From assembly GCA_963820595.1 (NCBI GenBank), contig CAWGAO010000007.1, positions 1 to 47,070 of the forward strand: a DNA stretch of 47,070 nt. The letters are read 5' to 3'. Position numbers and translations under genes: made by a program. Below the pieces are notes generated by a model, which worked only from the letters and a program-made list of their open reading frames with translations, was not told the DNA's origin and searched no databases. This DNA is from Candidatus Tagabacteria bacterium (GTDB lineage Bacteria; Patescibacteriota; Minisyncoccia; GCA-002779875). This document shows positions 30,716 through 37,947 of this stretch, one piece after another. Position 1 is the stretch's first letter, and each line of letters opens with the position of its first letter.

Positions 30716-31031
30716 ATGAAAAAATTTGTTGCTCTTTTAGTGATTACCAGTTTCCTTTCGTTGACTTTGACGGGATGCGCAGGTGAGACAAATCCTGTGG
30801 ACAAAAACGGGAAACCAAGGTTCGTGCGAATCTCAAAAAGAGGGGGCGATAGGAGGCGTATGTGCGGGAGTCGCTTACTACTTCGGGGTAAACTTGACCA
30901 TCGTGAGGATTGGTTGGGTGGTTGCAGTCTTGTGCGGGGTTGGGATTATATCCTATGTAGTATGTTGGGTTGCAGTGCCCGATGCGACCTATGTTCCTAA
31001 AGATTATCACGAAAGGGCAGGGAGAGAATAA
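30716..31031 (+). CDS. PspC-domain protein with N-terminal lipoprotein-like signal (frameshift near 30838)
   Basis: MKKFVALL...LTGC lipobox, then GAIGGVCAGVAYYFGVNLTIVRI...YVVCWVAVP (PspC signature). Confidence 0.78.
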
Positions 31032-31067
31032 AAGGGTAAATCAAAAAGATAAATTTTTTTGTATATT

Positions 31068-31093
31068 AAGCCACTGGCACTGTCAGTGGCTTT
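31068..31093 (+). terminator. Intrinsic terminator
   Basis: AAGCCACTGGCA-C-TGTCAGTGGCTT followed by a T-rich tail. Confidence 0.7.
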
Positions 31094-31114
31094 CTGTTTT
31101 AAAGCCAAAAACCG

Positions 31115-31140
31115 ACATCCACTTTTTTGTTTTCCTCGGG
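31115..31140. repeat. Direct repeat, copy 2
   Basis: Matches 30585-30610. Confidence 0.9.
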
Positions 31141-31380
31141 AAAGTATGATTTTTAACGGCTCAACCCATTCGACTAGCGCTCAGGGTGAGCCGTTGATTT
31201 TAGGCGTAAAAAATGATTGAAATTACTGTTTTGAGTTTATCCACAGGGAAGTACTTGTAAAGTTTCTCTGTTTTTGTAATATAGTGGATATTGGATAATA
31301 TATAGTCGTATTTTAGCCCATAAAATAAAGCTAAATTAATATAGCGTTATCCAAAAATATTATTAAATTACACACTTTTT

Positions 31381-31611
31381 ATGGTGAATGAAAAAGTACA
31401 ACAGGAGACCAACAGACTGCTTAAAGTAGTAATTGGTCTACTTGTGAGAAATAAGCAAGATAATATTGTTACATTGAGGGATCAGATTAGTGTTCTAAAA
31501 AGTTTAGGGCTAACACCTTCTGATATAGCGGGGATTTTAGGTCGATCGGGTAATTATGTGAATAAAGAATTATCCGAACTTAAGAAAATTAATAAAAACA
31601 AAAAATCGTAA
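31381..31611 (+). CDS. Small HTH protein 1
   Basis: LKSLGLTPSDIAGILGRSGNYVNKELSELK, an HTH pattern. Confidence 0.7.
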   Translation: MVNEKVQQETNRLLKVVIGLLVRNKQDNIVTLRDQISVLKSLGLTPSDIAGILGRSGNYVNKELSELKKINKNKKS

Positions 31612-31615
31612 AATT

Positions 31616-31798
31616 ATGCAAAAAAAATTAAAGCCATCCGATAATTTAGAAGATATTGAAAGAGATAGATTTATTTTAGAACTCGCATTGGCTGGAGTTT
31701 CGCAAGTAAAAATCAGAGAAATAGTAGGCGTGGATATATATCGAGTAAGTCGTATTGTTAAAAACATTAATCCTAATCAACATGGTAAAAATAAGTAA
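31616..31798 (+). CDS. Small HTH protein 2
   Basis: LALAGVSQVKIREIVGVDIYRVSRIVK. Confidence 0.65.
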   Translation: MQKKLKPSDNLEDIERDRFILELALAGVSQVKIREIVGVDIYRVSRIVKNINPNQHGKNK

Positions 31799-31967
31799 TA
31801 AGCATCCTCTTGATAAAAAGTTAGATCGAGCTATTTATTTACTCGAATCTCTTCTTGCCCTAGAATTAAATAAAACTAATCTCGATCGCAATAAGATTCG
31901 CGCACATTTAGGCATTGAAAAGGCCAAAGTTAATAAAATACTCGAAGGTATTAAAAAATCGCATTAA
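31782..31967 (+). CDS. Small HTH protein 3
   Basis: LNKTNLDRNKIRAHLGIEKAKVNKILEGIKK; ATG at 31782. Confidence 0.65.
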   Translation: MVKISNKHPLDKKLDRAIYLLESLLALELNKTNLDRNKIRAHLGIEKAKVNKILEGIKKSH

Positions 31968-31991
31968 AAGTAAAAATAAAAAAATAATTCC

Positions 31992-32225
31992 ATGGCGAAG
32001 AAAAAAGATAATAAACAGTCATCATTAAAAAGAAAAACAAAATTGATTGGCGATGATCGTATTATCGATCTTTTAGAACGTATTGGCGTGTCAAACCTTT
32101 ATTTAAACACCGATCTAGGGCAAAACAGTGTCGCAAAAATACTCGGAATGGATAATAACCGAGCCAATGAAATTTTGAAAGGTATTAAAAAGACGATACA
32201 AAAGAACAACAATGGAAAACGTTGA
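31992..32225 (+). CDS. Small HTH protein 4
   Basis: TDLGQNSVAKILGMDNNRANEILKGIKK. Confidence 0.65.
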   Translation: MAKKKDNKQSSLKRKTKLIGDDRIIDLLERIGVSNLYLNTDLGQNSVAKILGMDNNRANEILKGIKKTIQKNNNGKR

Positions 32226-32994
32226 AATTTTGAAAGAGAATTGCAAAGAGTATGCCAAAACCAAAAAAAGTATTGAGGTATTAAGAAAAGCAAATGGAAA
32301 AAGCCACTATACCGAGATTGCCAAAATAGTAGGGATACACAATACAGCAGTTAGTGGTTTGCTTAAAAAAGCTGAAAAACTGGGATTAGCTAAAAGAGTA
32401 AAGGTCGGAGTCTATAAAAAAATTCCCGGTATTTTAGGCTATATGCCTCCCAAAAGAAAAATCAAAGGTAATTCTTATAAAACTATACAGGATATAATTC
32501 AAAAAATTAGCAAAAACCGTAAAATAAAGAGTAAGCCTCTGCCTTTTTCTGGCCTCGCCATTCCAAACAAAACAGAGGTAAATCTGGGTAAAATGGCGAA
32601 TGCATATCAAGCTTTGTACGCCGTAGAAAATACTTTAAGAGAATTAATTAGGAAAGTGCTAAATCAGAAAGTTGATTGGTGGAAAAATTGTATTCCTAGT
32701 GGCATACAGGTGGAAGTTGAGGATACTATCAAAAAAACCCCCTATCATGCAGTGGAAAGAAATGATGAGCTTGAATACACTCATCTAGGGCAACTTAAAG
32801 AAATCATTATTTATAAGGAAAATTGGAACGATTTTTTGCCATATCTTAATGAGAAGGATAAGAATTCTTTCGCAGCAACGATAAACAAGGCGATTCCATC
32901 TCGCAATGCCATCGGTCATTGTATTCCACTTAAATTAAAAGACTTGAAAGTTGTGGATGTAAGATTTGAGGATATCTTAAGAATGATAAAATAA
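32212..32994 (+). CDS. Winged-HTH fused to a Swt1-like HEPN domain (putative RNase)
   Basis: N-terminal HYTEIAKIVGIHNTAVSGLLKKAEKLGL; C-terminal YAVENTLRELI, DWW, YTHLGQLKEII, NW and RNAIGH (RxxxxH). Confidence 0.75.
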   Translation: MENVEILKENCKEYAKTKKSIEVLRKANGKSHYTEIAKIVGIHNTAVSGLLKKAEKLGLAKRVKVGVYKKIPGILGYMPPKRKIKGNSYKTIQDIIQKISKNRKIKSKPLPFSGLAIPNKTEVNLGKMANAYQALYAVENTLRELIRKVLNQKVDWWKNCIPSGIQVEVEDTIKKTPYHAVERNDELEYTHLGQLKEIIIYKENWNDFLPYLNEKDKNSFAATINKAIPSRNAIGHCIPLKLKDLKVVDVRFEDILRMIK

Positions 32995-33117
32995 GATAAA
33001 AATTCTAATTAAGAAAAATAATAATCACTAATCTAAAATTACTAGTACAAGAGGTGATGTGGCGGAAAGAAAATAATTTATGCCTTGGCCAAACAAAAAA
33101 TTAGGCGCAGTAAATTT

Positions 33118-33521
33118 ATGGATAAAGATTTATTTAAAAAATTGAAAGAATTGAATTTGCCTTGTGGCAAGTATGCGGTTTTTGGGAGCGGGCCGATATG
33201 TGCGAGGGGCTAAGAAAATCCCGGGACTTGGATGTTATTGTTGCAGAAGATGTTTTTGATGATTATAAAGATATGCCCGGGTGGAAGATAAAAGAATTTC
33301 GCGCCGGAGAATTCTATTTAGACAAAAACGATATTGAACTTTGGAAAGATTGGGGTCCGGGCGAATGGGATATCCAAAAATTGATAAATGAAGCCGAAAT
33401 TATTGATGGTTTGCCCTTTGTAAAATTGAAAGAAGTTTTGAAGTGGAAAAAAATGATTGGCAGAGATAAGGACATTAAAGACATTAAAATTATAGAAACC
33501 TATCTAGCCGACAAAAATTAG
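33118..33521 (+). CDS. Small nucleotidyltransferase-fold protein (frameshift in G-run near 33208)
   Basis: YAVFGSGPICARG + LRKSRDLDVIV (GS...DxD motif), GRDKDIKDI. Confidence 0.6.
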
Positions 33522-33527
33522 GCGAAT

Positions 33528-33596
33528 CCTCCTTCGTATAAAAGCTACCCTCCTTCGCCCTATGGGCTACGGGCGGGCACAGCGGACGGGCGCGGG
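33528..33596. repeat. Nested REP-like hairpin elements (CCTCCTTCG...GCTAC)
   Basis: CCTCCTTCG occurs twice, with one unit inside the other; GC-rich. Confidence 0.55.
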
Positions 33597-33641
33597 AAAT
33601 TTATAATAGAACTAAGAGCACTATTTTTAATTGGGAAAATC

Positions 33642-33659
33642 ATCGTCCGTCACAGCGAG
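33642..33659. repeat. att-like repeat, partial copy A (ATCGTCCGTCACAGCGAG)
   Basis: Matches the core of copies B-D. Confidence 0.7.
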
Positions 33660-33664
33660 CCCTA

Positions 33665-33720
33665 TTGACTTTTTAAATCATTCTTGGTATAATGTAGCCA
33701 AATAAAATTTGGTGGTTTTT
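33665..33720 (+). promoter_or_regulatory. Repeated cassette promoter, copy 3
   Basis: TTGACT-17 nt-TATAAT-GTAGCCAAATAAAATTTGGTGGTTTTT. Confidence 0.8.
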
Positions 33721-33762
33721 GTCTATTTTGAACCTTGTAAAATACGGAGAAAGGGAGGATTT

Positions 33763-33987
33763 ATGGCAAAAAGAAAAGCGAGAAAAGATTTGAAAGCAAT
33801 ATTGCCGTGCATTGAGTGCGGCAAAGGATTGGAGATGAACGTTTTTGAAGTTCCTCTGCCGTATCGTAAAAAAATAAGTTCTGGTTACGGCGCAGGTAAG
33901 GATTGGGGGTTAAAGGAAGTTAAATGTGGTTCCTGTGGCACTCGGCAGGAAATAATGCTTCAGGCAATCGCCACGAAAATTTCTTGA
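33763..33987 (+). CDS. Small zinc-ribbon protein
   Basis: CIEC...CGSC; GGGAGG SD before ATG 33763. Confidence 0.7.
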   Translation: MAKRKARKDLKAILPCIECGKGLEMNVFEVPLPYRKKISSGYGAGKDWGLKEVKCGSCGTRQEIMLQAIATKIS

Positions 33988-34006
33988 AAAAGGAGGCGTT
34001 AAGACG

Positions 34007-34360
34007 ATGATACATGATGATCCCCGAATGGTAATTTTTGAAGAAAAGGAATGCTGCGCTCTGCGCTTAGCATTCAAAAAAAACCGCACCGCAATCAATG
34101 ACTTCTTGAAAGATTTTGTACCGACCAGAATAATCGAACTTTGCGGAAATATTTTGAACCGTACGCAAAAACTGGGTTGGGTGCCCGAAGTAGAGGATCA
34201 CAAGATGGTTTATCGGGAAATAGCCGGAATGGAAATTAGGCGCCTGGAAAAAGAGGTTTTGAAAGATCGCAAACTTAACTGTTGTTGCAAGGCAAAGGCG
34301 CACATCGAGGCCTTACAAAAAGTGATTAAAATGACGGGCGGCACCTCCGTAGTAAACTAA
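34007..34360 (+). CDS. Hypothetical Cys-containing helical protein
   Basis: AGGAGG SD; follows the zinc-ribbon gene; terminator at 34361-34394. Confidence 0.65.
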   Translation: MIHDDPRMVIFEEKECCALRLAFKKNRTAINDFLKDFVPTRIIELCGNILNRTQKLGWVPEVEDHKMVYREIAGMEIRRLEKEVLKDRKLNCCCKAKAHIEALQKVIKMTGGTSVVN

Positions 34361-34395
34361 AAAGCCGCTGGGACAACCCAGTGGCTTTCTTTTTG

Positions 34396-34518
34396 TGCAA
34401 AACTAAAGACTTCATTCAATTCTTTTTTGATTGTAACCCAACCTGCCTGCCGGCAGGCAGGTCCAGAGTTCCCTCGGCCGCGGCCTACGGGCAGGTGAAA
34501 ATCGTCCGCTACAGCGAG
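34396..34518. repeat. att-like repeat, copy B (with two hairpin insertions)
   Basis: Aligns with copy C after removing 34442-34461 and 34472-34495. Confidence 0.8.
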
Positions 34519-34519
34519 T

Positions 34520-34548
34520 TTGACAAACAACACGTCTTATGCTATCTT
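34520..34548 (+). promoter_or_regulatory. Promoter of the graspetide cassette
   Basis: TTGACA-17 nt-TATCTT with extended TG. Confidence 0.65.
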
Positions 34549-34597
34549 TGTTTTGGAGTGAAATTTGACAAAAAAGAGAAAAGAAAGGGGGAGAGAA

Positions 34598-34762
34598 ATG
34601 GATAAATGCACAGCGAAAATGCTAGATATAAAAGAAGCATCTAATCAGCAACCTGTTGCTGAATTGCCTTTTATTCTAGGCTTCCTGGAGCATCGTGACG
34701 GCGCCATGGCTGGCACTACCAGCGGCATATGGACCGATATCGATTGCTTCGATTGGACGTAA
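34598..34762 (+). CDS. Graspetide (omega-ester RiPP) precursor peptide, 54 aa
   Basis: Leader motif PFILGFLE resembles microviridin PFFARFL; core TTSGIWTDIDCFDWT; directly upstream of the ATP-grasp ligase. Confidence 0.8.
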   Translation: MDKCTAKMLDIKEASNQQPVAELPFILGFLEHRDGAMAGTTSGIWTDIDCFDWT

Positions 34763-34838
34763 TTGATGACATAGGAAAGATGATATAAATCATCCTTCCT
34801 AATCCTTGCAATTAATAAGAAGAAAGGAGGTGACGCTC

Positions 34839-35801
34839 ATGATATTGGCTATAGGGAATTCTGGTTCTTACGAAGTTTCCGCGTTTAACGTAGTTTTGGC
34901 TGAGTTGAAAAAAGCAGGACAAGATGCCGTTTTATTCAAACAGGATAAATGCCTTGATGGCGAATATCTGGTATTTGAAACAGTTAACGGGGAAATAAAC
35001 TATCGAGTCATCGTCGACGGAATAGATTATGACATTGAAGACTTTTCTGCAATTTGGTATATGAAGCCGCATCTGCCTGTTGAACTGATACAGTTTGAAC
35101 CGGCAGAATATCGGCAATTTATCCAGAGACAATTTGGAGCGATGAGAACGGCTCTATGGTCCGTTTTCCAGCACAAGAAATGGATTGACGATCCTTGGGC
35201 AATTGAGAAGGCGGAGAATAAGATATACCAACTTGCCATGGCTAGAAAAGCGGGTTTGGTATTTCCGGATACGCTGGCAACATCTGATCCCGAGAAAGTT
35301 AAAGCATTTTACAAAAAGCACGGCGGCAATATTATCGTCAAACTGCTCGGCGCCAGTCCTATGATGAATAAAGTCTTATACACAAACATAGTGACCCCTG
35401 AGCATTTGGCAAATATCGACACGGTTAAAATGTCCCCTTCAATATTCCAAGTTCATGTCCCAAAAGCATACGAACTAAGGATCACCATTGTTGGCGAGGA
35501 AATTTTCCCGGCCAGAATCAATTCGCAAGGAGACGAATTAATCAGTTTGGATTGGCGGAGAAAGCCTAAGCTAAATGACTTCGACGTTAAAATGGAGCGG
35601 ACATCCCTTCCTATAAATATTGAGGGAAGCCTGCGACGTTTTATGAAAATGCTTGGCTTGCGCTTCGGATGCATCGACATGATCGTCACCCCTGATGGTG
35701 ATTATGTATTTTTGGAAATTAATCCCAGTGGGCAGTGGTACTTTGTGCAACTTCACACGGAAGCGGAAATTTCCAAAGCTTTGGCTAGACTATTACTCTA
35801 G
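34839..35801 (+). CDS. ATP-grasp peptide maturase (MvdC/MvdD-like)
   Basis: AENKIYQLAMA, FPDTLATSDP, IFQVHVPKAYELRITIVG, DWR, GCIDMIVT, FLEINPSGQW; AAGGAGG SD. Confidence 0.9.
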   Translation: MILAIGNSGSYEVSAFNVVLAELKKAGQDAVLFKQDKCLDGEYLVFETVNGEINYRVIVDGIDYDIEDFSAIWYMKPHLPVELIQFEPAEYRQFIQRQFGAMRTALWSVFQHKKWIDDPWAIEKAENKIYQLAMARKAGLVFPDTLATSDPEKVKAFYKKHGGNIIVKLLGASPMMNKVLYTNIVTPEHLANIDTVKMSPSIFQVHVPKAYELRITIVGEEIFPARINSQGDELISLDWRRKPKLNDFDVKMERTSLPINIEGSLRRFMKMLGLRFGCIDMIVTPDGDYVFLEINPSGQWYFVQLHTEAEISKALARLLL

Positions 35802-35806
35802 CGTCT

Positions 35807-35845
35807 AAAAGAGGGAAAGATCTCAGATCCGTACCTCTTTTTATT
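35807..35845 (+). terminator. Probable intrinsic terminator
   Basis: AAAAGAGG...CCTCTTTT stem followed by a T-run. Confidence 0.55.
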
Positions 35846-35882
35846 TTTATTTTTCTAATTTTTAATGTAATATTATGATTAT

Positions 35883-36455
35883 ATGAAATCGAAATTGAAT
35901 CAAAAATTAATGAAAGAAATCAAGGAAATGTTCGACATCGATCAGGGATTAAGAAATGCATGGGCAAATAAAAAATTAACCGAACCACTTATTAACTGGG
36001 GCGAAGACGGCAAAAAGCGAAAACCCAAGACTAAAATGGAATTAGGACTGATCAATTATTTAGTTTATCTTGTTGACGCCGCGCACAACGCTAGAATTCA
36101 TCGAATTATCAATCAATATGGTTATCCAACCTCAAAACTTATCGGCAAAAAGGGAATTTTTTATTTTTTTCTTTTAGTTCAGCACCAAGATTATGATCTG
36201 GAATTGCAAAAAAATTGTCTCGAACGCTGCGATTTTGCGAAAAAAGAGCAAGCCTATTTGACCGACAGGATTCTTCTTCGCGAAGAGAAGAAGCAACTGT
36301 ACGGCACTCAGTTTCAAAGGGACCTCAAACATAACAGAATTATTTCTCAGCCGATAGAGGATATAAAAAACGTTAATGCGAGGAGAAAAAAAATAGGGCT
36401 TCGGCCGCTTAAAGAAGAGTTAGCGGTGATGAATAAAAAGTTTTACAGCAAATAG
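35883..36455 (+). CDS. DUF6624-like protein
   Basis: DQGLR, YGYP, LLVQH, AYLTDR, QLYGTQF, VNARRKKIGL. Confidence 0.75.
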   Translation: MKSKLNQKLMKEIKEMFDIDQGLRNAWANKKLTEPLINWGEDGKKRKPKTKMELGLINYLVYLVDAAHNARIHRIINQYGYPTSKLIGKKGIFYFFLLVQHQDYDLELQKNCLERCDFAKKEQAYLTDRILLREEKKQLYGTQFQRDLKHNRIISQPIEDIKNVNARRKKIGLRPLKEELAVMNKKFYSK

Positions 36456-36490
36456 ATATATAAAGGAATTTAGCAGGTGTTTCGAAATAA

Positions 36491-36532
36491 AAATATAAAA
36501 GGGCGACCAATTTTAGTCGCCCTTTTATATTT
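36491..36532. terminator. Bidirectional-type terminator
   Basis: AAATATAAAAGGGCGAC...GTCGCCCTTTTATATTT. Confidence 0.75.
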
Positions 36533-36612
36533 CATGCAACCGCCGGAATCATTTCTAATTCTTTCTTTATTGTAATCCAATTCAGGGTTCGAAAATCGTC
36601 CGCCCCAGCGAG
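36532..36612 (-). repeat. att-like repeat, copy C (uninterrupted)
   Basis: Minus strand reads LAGADDFRTLNWITIKKELEMIPAVA*. Confidence 0.8.
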
Positions 36613-36613
36613 T

Positions 36614-36642
36614 TTGACAAATTAACCGAGAGATGATATCTT
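36614..36642 (+). promoter_or_regulatory. Cassette promoter
   Basis: TTGACA-17 nt-TATCTT with extended TG, same layout as 34520. Confidence 0.65.
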
Positions 36643-36732
36643 CAGAAAGTTCGTTGATAACAGAATAATTGGCGCGAAGAAGAGAAGTAAGAGAAGTAAA
36701 CCCACAAACAGTCCAAAAAAAAGGAGGAGAAG

Positions 36733-37464
36733 ATGAAGAGAATGAAAAAGACAGGAATGTTTTTGGCGGTGGTTGTGGTTTTAATGATGTTGGTCGTTAA
36801 TGTTTTGGCTCAAACGGCGGGCCAGCGTGTGTCCGCGATTGAGCGCGATATTAGCGCATTAGAAACCGAAAAAATAGGGATGAGGTCTGAACAGGTGGCC
36901 CTTAATGCCACGAAACAACGGTTGGATTCTATTATTAAGTTCCACAATGAAAATGTGAGGATATTTGACCAGAATGTCGAGCAACTAGAGGCGGATTTCG
37001 CAACATATAAAAGCGAAAATGATCAATTGAATGCCGAGATAAGGCAACACAATTCATGGAAGCCCAATCCGAGAGATAAAGGTGAAGTTGATTCTTATAA
37101 TGCCGAAGCGAGTCAGCAAAATAGCCGGAGAGCAAATTTTTCCGCAACTTATGCCAAGCTTCAAAGGCGACTTGATGATCAAGAGTTTGTGAATAAAAGT
37201 TTAACTAATAGCGAAAAGAAAATTGATGATATGGAGACGGCTTGGGCGACCAAACAGGAAAATTTAAATAATAGAAAGATCGAGTTCAAAGCAAAGTTAG
37301 CCGCCCTAAAAAGGCAATATGTTGATACCTGTCGGGAACTGTTAGAAAATCCAAAGACAAAAATGGAGGCCTTAAGACTTAAATGTGGAAATGTCCAATT
37401 TGACGGGGCAGACCCTAATCTTCCAACCTTAGAAGACCTGGGAATTCATACGCCTTATGATTAG
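36733..37464 (+). CDS. Secreted coiled-coil hypothetical protein
   Basis: Signal peptide ending VLA|Q, long heptad region, two C-terminal Cys; AAGGAGG SD. Confidence 0.75.
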   Translation: MKRMKKTGMFLAVVVVLMMLVVNVLAQTAGQRVSAIERDISALETEKIGMRSEQVALNATKQRLDSIIKFHNENVRIFDQNVEQLEADFATYKSENDQLNAEIRQHNSWKPNPRDKGEVDSYNAEASQQNSRRANFSATYAKLQRRLDDQEFVNKSLTNSEKKIDDMETAWATKQENLNNRKIEFKAKLAALKRQYVDTCRELLENPKTKMEALRLKCGNVQFDGADPNLPTLEDLGIHTPYD

Positions 37465-37517
37465 GCAAAATAATCCTAACTTAGCTCTTAAAGAAAGAAA
37501 GTGATAGAAGAAGCATA

Positions 37518-37549
37518 AGGCCGCATGCGATGTAATACATGCGGCTTTT
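37518..37549 (+). terminator. Intrinsic terminator
   Basis: AGGCCGCATG...CATGCGGCTT followed by TT. Confidence 0.65.
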
Positions 37550-37557
37550 ATTATTTT

Positions 37558-37642
37558 TACGCAAAACCAAAAATCATTCCCAATCAAGAGTTCCCTCGGC
37601 CGCGGGGCCTACGGGCAGGCGAAAATCGTCCACCAAAGCGAG
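37558..37642. repeat. att-like repeat, copy D (with hairpin insertion)
   Basis: CCAATCAAGAGTTC[insert 37594-37619]CGAAAATCGTCCACCAAAGCGAG. Confidence 0.8.
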
Positions 37643-37695
37643 CAAGTTCCGATGTTTATTTCTTATTTTTATTAAATACTTAAATGATGACAAGA

Positions 37696-37902
37696 TTATT
37701 TTCTGATTGCCTTAACTATGACTCCAATTAACCCGACTATCGTTAATATTGCTCCTAACACTGCGACAAATAGCCACATAGCTTGATTGGTTCCGTACAA
37801 AAATGAAACTATTGGCTTGTTATTATTCATTGCCCCGGCTAAAAACCCACAAATTATTCCAATAAGAAGAATAATTATTCCAATCCAAAGAATTTTTTTC
37901 AT
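37696..37902 (-). CDS. Small two-TM membrane protein
   Basis: Two hydrophobic helices. Confidence 0.6.
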   Translation of the reverse strand: MKKILWIGIIILLIGIICGFLAGAMNNNKPIVSFLYGTNQAMWLFVAVLGAILTIVGLIGVIVKAIRK

Positions 37903-37947
37903 TTTTAAAATCTATTTATTTAAGTGTCGACCTTTATCGGAGATTTA

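Noticed and set aside
686-33521. Widespread pseudogenisation or programmed frameshifting (frr, proS, mreB, mreC, mrdA, murF, cysS, rmuC and others)
   Set aside because: The breaks are small indels, often in homopolymers, in essential genes with otherwise intact motifs. Uncorrected sequencing error is the simplest explanation; read polishing would settle it.
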